Assembly: GCA_050084985.1 (NCBI GenBank)
Contig: JBITNC010000002.1
Span: 9,052,001 to 9,116,000, forward strand
From: Nageia nagi
Taxonomy: Eukaryota > Plantae > Pinophyta
Direction: 5' to 3'
DNA: 64,000 nucleotides
A program made the position numbers and the translations under genes. The notes under the pieces are model-generated. The model saw nothing but the letters and a program-made list of their open reading frames with translations. It was not told the origin of the DNA and did not search any database. Of this stretch, positions 50,528 through 63,769 are shown one piece after another (the stretch's first letter is position 1; each line of letters opens with the position of its first letter).

Positions 50528-53500
50528 AACCTTCAATTTCATTGATGTTGGTTTTGTGGCTAAAGAAAAAAAACAAATAAATTTGCAGGTTTTAGAATGA
50601 CTAATGCTAATGGACAGATTTCAGTTTGTGACCATGTATTTAATCAAGTGAAGGTTAATTTTGGTGATTATGAAGTCATTTGATGATTTTTATGTGTACC
50701 CCATGGGTGGGATTCCTCATGCAGTTTTAGGAGTACAATGGCTGTAGTCTTTGGGTGAAATTCGCACAAATTACAAAACACTTGAATTCAAGTTCAAGTT
50801 CAATGGGCATGATGTGCTGCTAAGAGGTATGAAAGATCCTTATCCTCAACAAGTTTCAGCTAACAGAATGGAAAATAGTTTCAGAAAAAAAGACATAATT
50901 TGGGCAGCTTGTATCTTCATGTTTAAAGGTATGTCATATTCATCTAGTAAGCATGTTTCTTATCATCCAGAAATTCAGATTGTGTTAGATAAGCATAGTA
51001 AGGTTTTTGAGGATATACCAAGAGGTTTGCCACTCAAAAAAGGATTTCAATATGTTAATTAGAGCCAGGTACAAAACCAGTAATGATCACTCCCTATAGG
51101 CATCCAAGAGTATACAAGGATGAAATAGAGAAAACAATAAAAAAACTCTTAGATATGGGACATATTCGTCCAAGCACTAGCCCATTTGTATCATCAATAG
51201 TGTTGGTTAAAAAGAAAGATGGAATGTTGAGGATGTGCATAGATTATAGACTTCTTAATAACTATAAATAATAGGTACCCAATTCTTAGGGTGGATGAGC
51301 TCATAGATGAATTGCATGGAGCTATGTACTTGTCTAAGATTGATTTGAGATCTGGTTACCATCAGATTAGAATGAGAGATGAGGATGTTCATAAGACAAC
51401 TTTTAAGTGCCATTTTGAATATTTGGTGATGCTTTTTGGTTTGACAAATGCTTCTGCCACATTTCAAGCAGCTACGAATCAAATTTTTAGAGAGCATTTA
51501 AGAGTTTTTGTGCTTGTATTCTTTGATGACATACTTATTTACAGCAGTTCATTGGAGGAACACCTTAAACACTTGGATTGTGTTTTGAATTTTTTGGAAG
51601 AACAACAGTTTTATGCTAAAAAATTCAAATGTGAATTTGGTATGACAGAGATTTTGTATTTGGGACACATAATCAGCTATAAGGGAGTACAAATGGACCC
51701 ACAAAAAGTTGTAGCAAAACAAAATTGGCCTATACCCACCACACTAACTCAAGTAAGGGGATTTTTTTGGGATTTGCAACTATTATAGAAGGTTTATTAA
51801 AAAGTTTTCAATATTGGCAGCTCCTTTGACATATTTGACCAAGAAGAGGGCATATACATGGAATGAAAGAGCTCAAAAAGCTTATGAGACTTTGAAGGGG
51901 CAATGACCACTTATCCACTACTTGCTATACCTGATTTTTCTTTGCTAGTTACCATTGATTGTGGTGCTTCAAGTGTGGGAATAAGGGTTGTACTTATGCA
52001 AAATGGAAAACCAATTGCCTTTGAAGGCAGGAAACTCACTCCTATTGAGAAGACTTTCAACATCTATGACAAATAAATGTTTGCCATCATGCACGCTTTG
52101 TCCGAATTCAAGCAGTATCTTGTTTGTGGTAAGGATTGACCATAATAGTCTTAAATATTTTTTGGGACATCGTGATCTTAATGAACAACAAAAATGGGTT
52201 ACTAAGTTGCAAGTATTTGACTTTGAGATTGAATTTATTAAAGAAAAAAAAAATACAGCAGCTGATGCATTGTCTAAGACACCCACATTTCACTCTGTTT
52301 CAATTATTACTGCTGATTGGAAGGTAAAAATCATGGCTGAATATGCAAAGGATGATTTCACATCTAACATTCTAGATGGTCAATTGAAGGAAGACAGGTA
52401 CAACATGAAGGAAGGATTGATTTGCTATAAAAACAAAAAATTTATTGTACCAAATTCAAAGCTTAAAGAGGAATTAATGGCAACCATGCATAATACACCT
52501 ACTGCTGGTAATCCGGGTTTTTTTAAGACTTGTTGACAGCTGCGAGAGAGATTTGCATGGAAAGGATTGAAGGAGGATGTTTTGAGGTATGTTAGAGAAT
52601 GTGTTATATGTCAACAAAATAAATTTGAGAATTCACTACCCTCTAGTTTATTACAGCCTATCTCAATTTCTGAGCAAAAATGATAAAGTATCTCCATGGA
52701 TTTCATTACTGGTCTTCCAAAACTTCAAGGTAAAGATTGTATTTATGTAGTGGTTGATAGATTAACTAAATTTGCACATTTCTTTGCAATTTCAACCACA
52801 TATTCAGCAGTTCAAATTGCTAATCAGTTTGTCAAAGTAGTTTTTAGGCTTCATGGCTTGCCCAAAACCATAGTAAGTGATAGGGAAAACAAATTTTCAA
52901 GCGTGTTTTGGCGAGAATTATTCAGGTTGTGTGGAACAGATTTAACTCCAAGCACTAGTTACCATCCACAAACAAACGGTCAAAGTGAAATAGTTAACAA
53001 TTGGGTGAAAGGTTACTTATGTAATTATGTTTTTGGACAACAATGTGTTTGGATTAAGTGACTGCATCTAGTTGAATTCTGTTACAACATTTCATATCAT
53101 ATGTCTATCAAAATGTCACCTTTTAAAGCTTTGTATGGATATGAGGCTCCTAACTTCAATATTTGTTGTTGAGTGATAGTAGAGTACCTATGACAAAGGA
53201 TTTTATACAAGAAAACCAGGATATAATGAAAACATTGAAAGATATTTACAGCATGCCCAAAATCAGCAAAGGAAATATGCTTATCAACAAAGCATTGAGC
53301 ACAGATTTCAAGTGGAGATATGGTGTATTTGAGGCTGCAACCATATAGATAGTCTACAATTAAAAAAATGAAGCAGAAAAATTAAAACCAAGATTTTATG
53401 GCCCTTAGTAGGCCATTTGCAAGGTGGGAGAAGTTGCATATGAATTAGACTTGCCGGCTAACAACAAGATTATTAATGTGTTTCATGTTTCCCACTTAAA

Positions 53501-53748
53501 GAAAGCTATTGGACAACACATAGTGCCATCTCAAGACTTGCCACCCTTTGATGAAGAAGGCAAACTAATTCTGATTCCTGAGGCACTTTTGGGAACAAGA
53601 GAGAAGAAGATAAGGAGCAAAGTTTTCAGTGAGTATTTAGTAAAATGGAAAGGTTTACTGGCTGAAGATGCTACTTGGGAAGGATCAAAGATCCTTCAAC
53701 ATTCATCCTTAAATTGCTTAGGGACAAGCAATTTGGGAGGGGAGGACT
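50528..53748 (+). pseudogene. Gypsy A pol: PR C-terminus, RT, RNase H, integrase, chromodomain (disrupted)
   Basis: PYRHP, LVKKKDG..RMCIDYR, IDLRSGYHQIR, FFDDILIYS, VVVDRLTKFAHF, STSYHPQTNGQSE, VFHVSHLKK. Confidence 0.93.
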
Positions 53749-54213
53749 TGTAATGTCCCCATTTTGAATTTAGTTTTGTAAATATTATTTAGGTGTGTTT
53801 TATGTTGTTTAGAAGGTGTGTTATGTTTTATGTTTATAAAGTGAATATGTAGAAATAAAGTCACTAAGATGTTAGAATTTTATGACTGTACTTGTTGAAT
53901 ATATTTATTACTACTGTTGTGCATCAAAACAGAATTTTGAGTGTGTATTTGCCCTAGATTTCGTTGCAAATTTCAGATCTGAGTTGTAGGGTTTACTTGG
54001 TGAAAATCTGGTATTTTGCTATAATTTTCTATCTTCCTAGTGGGTTCTTTATGTAAGCTCCCTTCCATTAGTGAATTTCCTATTTAGCTGGAGGATCCAT
54101 TTGTAGTTTTGGATGAATTTGGTAATACATTTGGTCTTATGTACAACCTCAAATACCCGAGGTAATATTCCAATGTCTTTGAGAAGCAAATCAAGACAAT
54201 GGGCTGCACATAG

Positions 54214-54822
54214 TGATATGGAATTTTATATGGAATTGAAAATTCCATATTGGTTTTCGCTGATCGAAAAGCCCTTTAAATAGGCACAATATGTGTTACA
54301 AATAGAACCAATGAATCAGCTAACAAGGGAGCTGATTTAGTAAAGTAGCTAACAAACTAACTACTAACTTAGAATAGGTTTAACAACTTTGACTAATGTA
54401 TAATAGGACAAATAACTAGGACTACATAGGATTTATAATAACAATTAAATCCTAAAAAAGCTAATATTAAATTATTAAATCCCTAGTCTAGATCCTTATC
54501 ATTCATTCCAACAACAAAAGCTTTGGACTCCAAAGATTAGGAGTAGAGGGAGAAGAAATCCCCAGATCAAGGATCGGAAATGGTAACCTAACCCATTGAT
54601 CGAACATAAGGAAATTTTGTACACTCTAGGACTTGACAGACTCGGAAAGAAAGTTGCATAGGTGAATGCTGGTGCAAACGCCATAGCTTAAAGGCATGAT
54701 AGAAAGCCTAAACAGGAGAGAGGGTTAGAGAGGCAGGAATGCCATCATAGGGCATAATTGCTTAAGCTTTGATACCAATGATATGGAACTGAAAATTCCA
54801 AATTGGTTTTCATTGGTTGACA
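54214..54822 (-). mobile_element. Short TRIM-like or internally deleted LTR element
   Basis: TGATATGG..CCTTATCA repeat (54214-54501), ~280-bp internal region, PBS TGGTATCAAAAGC, then a second copy of the LTR start at 54779 that is interrupted. Confidence 0.55.
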
Positions 54823-56122
54823 TGTTGAAAAATGGTCTAAAACAGAGAAGCGAAAAAGATAAACATGTTGTAAATGACTAGTATAGACCTCTTTAGAAAA
54901 AAATACAACTGAAACAAGCATGACAACTAACAAAACCCAGAGTGTGGGTGGTTTGGAAGAGCAGGTCCAAAGTGCAGATGGTTTGGAAAAGTTCCCAGAA
55001 TTTGACGAGAAAGGTGGGGTTGGATTCTTTGAAAAAAAGGTATCCAAAAGAATAAATTATACAGAAAAACACTCTGTAAATAAAATGTTATGAGCTCTGA
55101 AAATTTTCAGTGGAATGTTAAAAATATGAACAGCAAACACAGCTAGAAAACACAGATAGCAGAATAATACATCAGATTATACCTCGTGCAGAGGTTTACA
55201 CAAGAGGAACAAAAATATACAGTAAGTTTGGAGCTTTTCAAAGAATATTTATATTAATATTATTGTACATCGAATGTAGGTGTGTGAGGAGGAGCACAAC
55301 GTACACACAAATACAACAATGAAGCTATTCTTACACTAACATACATTCTGGGTAAATGATTCTTCATGTTCCAAGTGCTTGTTCAACTTCAATAACATTT
55401 TGTAACTCCCATGTCTCTTTGTTTCCAAACATTCGATACATCTTTTCAACATCAATATTTCCAACACTCTCCCTTGATGTTGAGAGATCACTCAAAACTC
55501 CTGTACTTCCTTTTGATCAAAGATTACATCCTGTGCTTGGTCATACTCTCAACCAACTTTCCTTTGAACATGGAACCAACTCCCAAATCTGATTCCATGT
55601 CAAAGACAACATACTCACTCTTCATCTGTTGCATAACGGAGTCTAAGGATTCCCAAAAAATATCTTACCTCTGCCACTAAGATATCAAAGCTCCATTGGA
55701 AGACTGAATGCAACCGACTAGTTTACAAAGCATCCCTAAAATGAGTAATAGGCCAATTCTGTTGATAATGAGCTAAAACACATACTGATCATGATGAGAA
55801 TCTCCAATCCCATCATCCAAACAAACAAACATTATCTTAAAAAAAATAGCATTTTCATCTTCTCCAAAAACAAAGAAGCATCAACACAATCATAGGAACT
55901 AGCTCGCGTTCAAATTCCTTATGAGTCAAATGCTCATTTACGGTGTTCAGAAACAAACTTCTCCAAACTATTAGAGACTTGTGTACCAAAACCTTTAAAT
56001 CCAATGCTTTTCCACATAGCATACTTCACATACAAACCAACATTCAAACTCAAAATGAAAGAGTTTTATTTCATACCTTCTTGTTGTCACAAACTGTCAT
56101 AAGATGCCATACATCTCATAAC

Positions 56123-56876
56123 CAAGGTTCCACAAGGTAGGGGATATAAGGGAACATGTATCTGGGAACAGGGGAGTAGGGAGGGTCATTTAGGGGAATA
56201 TCCTGGGAATGAGAAGTTATAATACTAGTAAAACTTCTCAGATTTTTTGAGATTTCATTGTTGCAAATTCATTCTTATTATCAATTCAATCATGTATGAA
56301 TCAGAATATCAAAATCAAGTATGAGCATTGAGCCATAATCAATTATCATAAAACATAATATCATTACGTTTGAATAAGTCTAGTACATAATGATAGATCA
56401 ATGATCATAGGTCAGTCTAGTAAAATTGTAATGGTGTAAACAATAAAACTAAAACTAAATACATAGAATAGAAGTAGATTTTGACATGTAGTTATGTTTG
56501 GAACTTTCTCTTATCAAAATTGCATAAAATGAAATGTGGTTATGTTTGGAACTTTGCATACATTTATTAGTTGATATTAGCTTTTTTTGGGGGGAGAGGG
56601 GTGGCGACAATGGTGGGTCCCACTCCATTAAAATTTAGTCTTTTTTTATTAAAAAAAAAATTTAACTGTTTTTTTTTTCTGTTTTTAACTTAAGTTGGCT
56701 GCCCAAAGCGTTCTCAATGGAGGCATTGGGGGGAACTATTCCCCTCTTTCCCGGGGTGTTCCTAGGAATGTTTGGGCCATTCCCCAAAAACTAAGGGAAT
56801 ACCCAAAAAATGTTTCCCCTAATGTTCTGTTGGAAACGCCTCCTTCGAGGGGGCAACATGTTCTTGTGTAACCTTG
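56123..56876. mobile_element. Non-autonomous hAT-type MITE
   Basis: 14-bp TIR CAAGGTTMCACAAG; 8-bp TSD CTCATAAC/CTCATAAT. Confidence 0.85.
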
Positions 56877-57024
56877 CTCATAATTCTTTCAGAAAGTCTA
56901 TCCACAAGACTCCATCTTATGTTGTATTCACTTATCAGTTATCACATAATTTCAGGTGTATGTAGCTTTCCAATACACACCAACTTTTGCCAAGCTTCTC
57001 TACTTAGCATACTTTTGATCCAAC

Positions 57025-60000
57025 CATAGAATAAAAAAATGCCGTTTTTTCCATTAAAAAAAAATCCTTATTTTCCTCCAAAAAAAGGGTAAAACTGGCT
57101 TTTTTCTACCCAAAAATGACCATTTAAATGGCATGAAAAAAGCCTAAAAATGCTTAAAAAACGTACAAAAGACGTCAATTTGAACAAAAAGGTAAAAATG
57201 AAAAAAACACGTATTTTAACCCAAAAAACGTCGGAAAATGGCAAAAAGTCCAGAAAACGTGATTTGAAATGAACTTAGTCCTAAAAATACATGTGCCATC
57301 TTTTGCGTTTTTCCCTCCAAAAGGCGTCGTTTAAACAACCAAAACATGCCAAAAATGCCTCGAAGACACTACGTAATAGAGGCAGAAAGATTGTCAGTGA
57401 AGAAAAAACACGTTTTTCTTGTTGTGGGTGTCTAAATGGCGATTAGACAGGAAAAAACTCCAAATATGTTGCGAAAACGTGTGTTTGGGCTGGGTGGCTG
57501 GCAAAGGAGAAATAAAGGGAAAAAGGGGGGGAGCATTGTTGGAGGTTGTTGAAATTTGGGATTTTTACTTTTTCATTTGCAAAATGCCTAAGGAGTTGGG
57601 ACAAATTTTGGCAATATGTGACTCCATTAGAGGGCATTCGAGGCAGTTCTTAGTATTTGAAGTGTAATCTTTGTGACAAGCCTATTCGAGGAACAATTAC
57701 AAGGTTCAAACGACATCTTTCTGGAAGACAAAGGAGTGATGTGGAGAGTTACCCAAATGAAACTCAAGATCTTGCCTTGGATGCAATTAGAGGCTTGGAT
57801 TCTATTGTTGAGTGAAGAGAAATGAAACAAGAATTTCGAATGGAGCTAGAAGGGATGACCTCTTTTGCTTCAAGTGGAAATATTTCAAGTCCAAGTGTAG
57901 GTGCAAGTGCAAGTGCAAGTAAACCTAGTGGAAGTGGATGCCCTGGGGGGGTTGGAATCCATTCCTACTTTCAGCCACAGACAATTCTTGGAGCCCAACC
58001 ATATATTATTAGTATGTTGAAGAAGATCGACAAGAAAGAAGCTGATTTGATGTTGGCAATATTGATTTATTATGAAGGAATTCCGATCCACATTACCAAG
58101 AGCGTATTTTAGCAATCAATGATTTGTGCAATGGTTGCAGTTGGGCCTAGATATGTGGGGCCCACTCATGTAGAAATGCAAGGGTCTCTCATGAGGGATC
58201 TCAAGCAGGAAGTTTGTGAAAGGTATGTAAACACTAAACAATAATATCAATATGTATTAAATTTTAGTTATTAATTTTTTTTAATATATCTTTAGAGTTT
58301 AGTGTTTACAAATTACACTTGTAGTTTTTTTAAAAAAAGTTTTTAAATATTTTTTTTATTTAGTTGTTTTATTTTAGTTTTGTTTTATTTTTTTCAGAAT
58401 GGTTGATATTGAAGAATCATGGAAGATATTGGGTTGCATCATATTATCTGATGGGTGGTCGGATTATAAGAGTAGAAGCCTAATTAATTTTATGGTATAC
58501 TCTAAATGTGGCACAATATTCAAGAAATCCATAGATGCATTCGATAGGGCAAAAGATACAAGCTTGTTATGTGACTTATTAGATCAGTTTGTGAAGGTGG
58601 GGGGGTGGAGTATGTTGTCTAGGTGGTCACGGACAACGATTCTAGTTATGTTTCAGCAAGTAACAAGCTCATGAATATTTATCCCACCTTGTATTGGACT
58701 CCATATGCTTGTCATTTCATTGATCTTCTTTTGGAGGACATAGGCAAAATGCCTTGGGTGAGAGAGGTGGTTGACCAAGCAAGGACAATCACGAGGTACA
58801 TTTATCTTATCTTATTATATATTTTCTTATCTTATATTCTTAAAAGACTTATCTTATCTTACCAAGTACATTTATAATAAAACCATTGTTCTTAGCATGA
58901 TGAGGAGGTACACCAACGACAAGGACTTGTTGTGCCTAGGAGTTACACGTTTTGCCTCCAATTTCATCAGCCTTTAGTTGATATTCAGAAACATGCATGA
59001 GCTACATTCAATGTTTGTTTTTAGAGAGTGGAGTGATACTGCCATGAGCATGAGGCCAGAGGGCATGGTCGTGCCTTCTTTGATATTCAGGGATGACTTT
59101 TGGACGATGCTCAAAGAGATTTGTAGTGTGACTATGCCACTTGTATGTGTCCTTCGTTTGATTCATAGTGATAGGCCCACTATGGGTTATTTGTATGAAG
59201 CCATGGCTAGGGCCAAGGAGGCCATAATTCATTATTATATTGACCACCTTGATGAGGATAATGAGTTTGGTAACAAGCACATGGAGTTTTGGGCTCTCAT
59301 TAATGAATGGTGGTGAAATATGTTGTATCGCCCTATTCATGGAGTAGGGGCCATCTTGAACCCTATCTTATTTTTTGCACCAAACTCTAAATACAAGATT
59401 GATTCTAATGCTAACTTGGGGCTTACAAAATGTGTAGCTGGTATGGTTTAGGATCCCACCACTCAATCCAAAATCTTCAAGGAGCTTGAGTCATACAAGC
59501 ACTCAAGAGGCCTCTTTGGTTATCAGTATGCTAGAGAGGCACGTTTCACAATCTCTCTAGATGAGAAAAGTTCAAAGTTCATTATTTACAATTTTTTTAT
59601 AGTTTAAAGTTTTGATTTTATATTTGTAATTTTAAATTTTTAAGTTTATATTTCTGATTTTTCTTCGTTACTTGAATTTTTAGAGTTGTGGTGGATGAAT
59701 TTTGGGGCTGAAACACTTGAGTTGCAAAGATTTGCCATCCGCATCCTTAGTCAAACATGTAGCGATTCAGGATGCGAGTGCAATTGGAGTGCATTTGAAA
59801 AAATTCACTCCAAGAAGTGAAATAGGTTAGCAATTTGATTCATTTCAACTTTCAAAATTCAATGGACACTTCTTAATTCTTAGTCTCAATTCTCATTATG
59901 ACAAAATTTATTTTATGTTATTAGGTTGACAACATAACGCTTGAATGATATCGTGTACAATTATGTCAACTTGCGATTGTATGTGAGGAAATTGTAACAG

Positions 60001-61192
60001 AAGGATGAGGATGAGCCCATTAACTTGACTGCCATTGATCCCTTATATAGGTTTTCTTCATTCTACTCCTACCCCCTACATGTGATTTTTAAAAACTCTT
60101 GATAGGTTTTATTAAATTATAAATGTTGACTTTTGTTTTTGCTTTTTTTACAGTGATGCATCTCCAATGGATGTAGTGGCAAATCCATAGGAGGAGTTAC
60201 ACGAAGCATTTCGAGAAGAATGGCTTGACATGGAGTAGGAGATAGATTAACTTGCAAATGAGGGCAAGGAGGAGAAGCATCAATGTTTTGATCCATTTCC
60301 GCTTATTTTGGAGTTTGATCATGTTGTTGGATCTCAACAAGTTTATAAGCGTTAGGTTTACTGAGACATTGAGAGTGAGCTTGACAATGATGAACCACTT
60401 GTTCGGTACCTGAGACAAAGGTAGAGACCCCGCAAGAGTGTTGGTGGTGGTTCTAGCAGTTTAGGATTGCCTCCTCATAGTTCTCCTATCTCTACGAGAG
60501 CACCATCTTAGTCTCCTACTACACCTATTAGTGGAGCATGTGGTGGTGGTGGTAGTAGTGGCAGCCGATTGATTAGTGAAAGGGCTAGAGCCTTGGACCG
60601 CACACATTGATGAGTCCTGAGTCATGAGACATTGTATTTAGTTATTTAGTATTATTTGTACTTTGTTGACGCTTGGCACTTAGTGGCATTATGAGTGTAT
60701 GAGATAGTAGTAGTAGACTTATGACTTATGATTTTATGAGTAGACATCTTGAACTGATATACATTTTGTAGATGATTTTTATTTTCATATATCGATGTTA
60801 TGATTTATGAATGTTTTGGTAGATGATATGGTCGTTTATGAGAATGATTTAATCATTTATGACAGTTAGATAAGCATATTCTATAGAAAAAGTTAAAAAA
60901 AAATTGCATGTTTTTTTATTTTTCAACGGACCACGTATTTTTCCTGAATTTGACGTTTTTTTTCCCATCTTTTGTCCAATTTTTCACTGAATTTTCCTTT
61001 TTTTGTCATGTACTTTTCCCATATTTTTTGTTTCTTTACCATTTTTTGTCCTTTTTTTGCCGTATTTTCCGTATTTACAAATTTTTAAATCGATGAATTT
61101 TTGCCGTATTCACCATACTTTGACCATTTATTGACTGTTTTTATGTATTTTGCCCTGGCCATATTTTCAAAAAACCATTTTTTTATTCTATG
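57025..61192 (+). mobile_element. hAT DNA transposon with decayed intron-containing transposase
   Basis: Perfect 17-bp TIR CATAGAATAAAAAAATG and perfect 8-bp TSD GATCCAAC. BED finger (~57590-57770), DUF659-type GCIILSDGWSD and ACHFIDLLLEDIG, PTMGYLYEAM, and a C-terminal WWMNFG..LQRFAIRILSQTCS dimerisation domain. Confidence 0.95.
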
Positions 61193-62866
61193 GATCCAAC
61201 CACATAATGATTTGGTAGAAAACTATGCTCATGCACAATTGTATGCACCTCATACAATTAGTACCAACAGCAAATACCAAGTCTTGTATCCAACATTTAA
61301 TACACATTCCAGGTACATGAACTTTCTTGTTTCAGATGCTTAGTAATCTTCAATGATGTTTTGTAACTCCCATGTTTCTTTGTCTTCAAAGATTCCTAAG
61401 AGATTTTTCTCAATATTAATATTTCCAACATTACAAAGCTCAGAACAGCTAAAGATGCTGTTGTTGCCCTTTGTTCGAGGTTGAGGAGGAGGAGGAGCTA
61501 TGGCATTGTTTGTTCTCTGTTTTAGTTCTTTCTTATCATTATAATCTGTTAGGAGGGCATTGTGTTTCTTCAACCGTAGGCTCTGCCTTTGGAGATGGCT
61601 TGCCACCATGGGCAGATAACCTCACCAAATGGTATCTGAATTTTCTCCCATAAAAATTACAGTACATCTTCCCTTTCTTGCTCCATTCTTCGCATATTTC
61701 CAAGGTGTCTCTTTTTCGTGTCTGATTAACTAAGAAGAGTTTGGATTTAGGATGCAAATGAGTGTTTTAGTTGGTCTTATTTCACCTTAATTCTGCTCTC
61801 TTTGCAAGTGGGAAGAACAAAAATGAGGGTAATTTGGAAAAAAAAGAAGAAAAGAATTTATGCCGTTTTTCTGTGACTGCATTGCATCAACCGAACTTTT
61901 TATTTTCATGAACATGGTGAGTTTGTTTTACTTTTTATTCAAGAAAAAAAAAAAAAAAACTTTCAAGCCCAAAAAAACTTGCCAAGTCGAGCCCCAAAAA
62001 TTTGGGAGTGCCAACTGATTTTTTTCAGAAAACTGGTAAAAAAATCGAAATTAATTGGCAAAAAATCAGTAAAATTCAGAAAATTAACCCAAATCACATA
62101 AAAGAATTGGGATTAATTGCTGAATTGACCCATTTTGACAACTATGATTCTGAACAACACTTCATATCCATTACAAAGTGATTCTGAAAAATACTTCACT
62201 ACCTATTACAAAGTAATTCTAAATAATATTTATATGTTCAGAAATTCCCATTCCTTATTGAAGTTTTTCTTCTCAGTTTTTAGTTTTTGGTTTAACTTCA
62301 TTTTCTATGAGAGAATATAATAGACCCCATTCCTTTTTCCTTTTATCATCCTTTCATCTTTCATATTAAAAAATGATATTTATTATTAATTTATTTATTT
62401 AGGTTATATATTTATTATTAAGATTATCAATTGTATGTGAATATTTCAAATATATTTATGAGCACCCTTTTGATCCTTCAACTCTTATGATGAATTTTTC
62501 CCCTTCTTTTTACTTACAAGATTTAATTGATGACCATTAACATATCAAATATTATTTTTAGATAAAAAGGAATAAACTTAACATTCAAATGCTATATTTT
62601 TTGAGGCTGTAACAAAGAGGCATTATGCCTACCTCCTCCTTTCAATCCATCATAAAACGATGGTAAACTCAAAAAGAAACTATTTCCTATTGTTTTTGAA
62701 AGAAAGCATCTTGTATTCCCGCCAAAGAAATAAGAAAGTTACATGAAGGGTCTTCTATATTTATTTGGGTTCCCATCAGGGTTTTAGTCTTCTATGTTTA
62801 TTTCCAGAGTACATGAAGGTGTTCTCTTCTATAGCTATACTTATGTTCTAAATTCATTCTTTGCAG

Positions 62867-63769
62867 GTTCCGAGTATAACAAGTCATTCAATTCTCAATA
62901 TTGCAGAAGTGCAAAATTCAATGCAGAGCCTCGTTCTAGCTTATATAGGCAGAAGGCACGGATTGTTTGGATAAGATCTTTGAAGGATCGACTTCCAGTG
63001 GCCATATCTTTAGCTGTTTTGTTCTTGGCTTGCCATATTGCTAGGGAAGCTATTCTACCAACGGACATAATAAAATGGGTGCTGGAAGGAAAAATTCCTT
63101 ATTTGGCTGCTTTTGTTGACATTGAAAAATTGTTCAGTTCAACTTCAAAAGCATGTCCAGTGGGTATAAAATTCATGTTTAGGCCTAGCCGTGTTCTTGG
63201 AGCACGACAACTGGAGTTAATGTCTGGATGTCTTGCTAAACGTATTTGTCTACAGCTTCCTCCTGTAAATTTTCATTCAATTTCCTGCCGATTTGTCAAA
63301 CAATTAGGCCTACCAGCAGATAAGTTTTTTCCTGCTTTATCACGCATGCATGAATGGTCATTGCCTCCTGGTTTATGGTTGTCAGCAGATAATAATACCT
63401 TACCAACTCGTTTGTATGTAATGAGTATGTTGGTTGTAGTTATAAGGATATTATATAACATTCATGGCCAAGGTTACTACGAAAAGAGCATGTCAACGGT
63501 CACATTTGCTTCTAGCTGTTCCACTGAAGTCTGTAATGAGGAACTCTCAAAGTGTAAGCTGGATAAACCATGCAGATTATCTGCCCCTTGTGTGAATAAT
63601 GGCAATATTGAAAATAGTTGTTTTTCCATACATTCAATTGCAAATTCATCTGGAGATATTCTTTCTAGTTCAACTGGGAGCATGACAGAATTTCAGGAAC
63701 ATGAGCTTGATGCTGCAGCTATGTTGCAGAAACTTGAATCCTGGCACCAAACTAATAATGATCAATTTG
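62867..63769 (+). CDS. TAF1B: TAF1B/RRN7 second coding exon (gene continues beyond window)
   Basis: WIRSLKDRLPVAISLAVLFLACHIAREAILPTDIIKWVLEGKIPYLAAF..LQLPPVNF..LPTRLYVMSMLVVVIRILYNIHGQG. Probable donor G|GTGGGT at 63770. Confidence 0.88.

Larger units (their letters stand above)
34897..54053 (+). mobile_element. Ty3/Gypsy chromovirus (element A), decayed
   Basis: 5' LTR 34897-35963 and internally deleted 3' LTR 53749-54053. TSD TAAGC; PBS-like TGATATCAGAG; PPT GGGAGGGGAGG. Contains gag, protease, RT (FFDDIL), RNase H, integrase (MDFITGLP) and chromodomain (EYLVKWKG..DATWE). Confidence 0.92.
54823..61430 (-). mobile_element. Highly decayed LTR retroelement (probably Copia)
   Basis: Repeat TTTTGTAACTCCCATGT..AATATTTCCAACA ends at 55467 (followed by reverse PPT CTCTCCCTT) and at 61430. 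TSD-like TGACA/TTACA; NQIWELVP-like remnant. Confidence 0.5.
31627..62146 (-). mobile_element. Old hAT transposon (BED-DUF659-dimerisation type), split by nested insertions
   Basis: Minus-strand transposase pieces in order: BED-like 61540-61760, CAAHCLDLLLKDIG 54054-54212, and PLMRVL..PMGYVYEA plus CECHWSMFEHIHSK at 33900-34896. CATAGT/ACTATG ends; TSD not confirmed. Confidence 0.7.
28566..62866 (+). other. Giant (~34.3 kb) TE-filled intron of TAF1B
   Basis: Phase-1 donor at 28566 and phase-1 acceptor TTTGCAG| at 62866 rebuild a GGT codon in frame. Small intervening exons cannot be excluded. Confidence 0.72.

Noticed and set aside
31619-62154. 8-bp TSD for the outer hAT
   Set aside because: Flanks ATAAAAAC and ATTCTGAA do not match, so its exact ends remain tentative.
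62794-62866. Independent gene starting at ATG 62794
   Set aside because: Upstream of a good acceptor whose phase matches the 28566 donor; the protein is the continuation of TAF1B.
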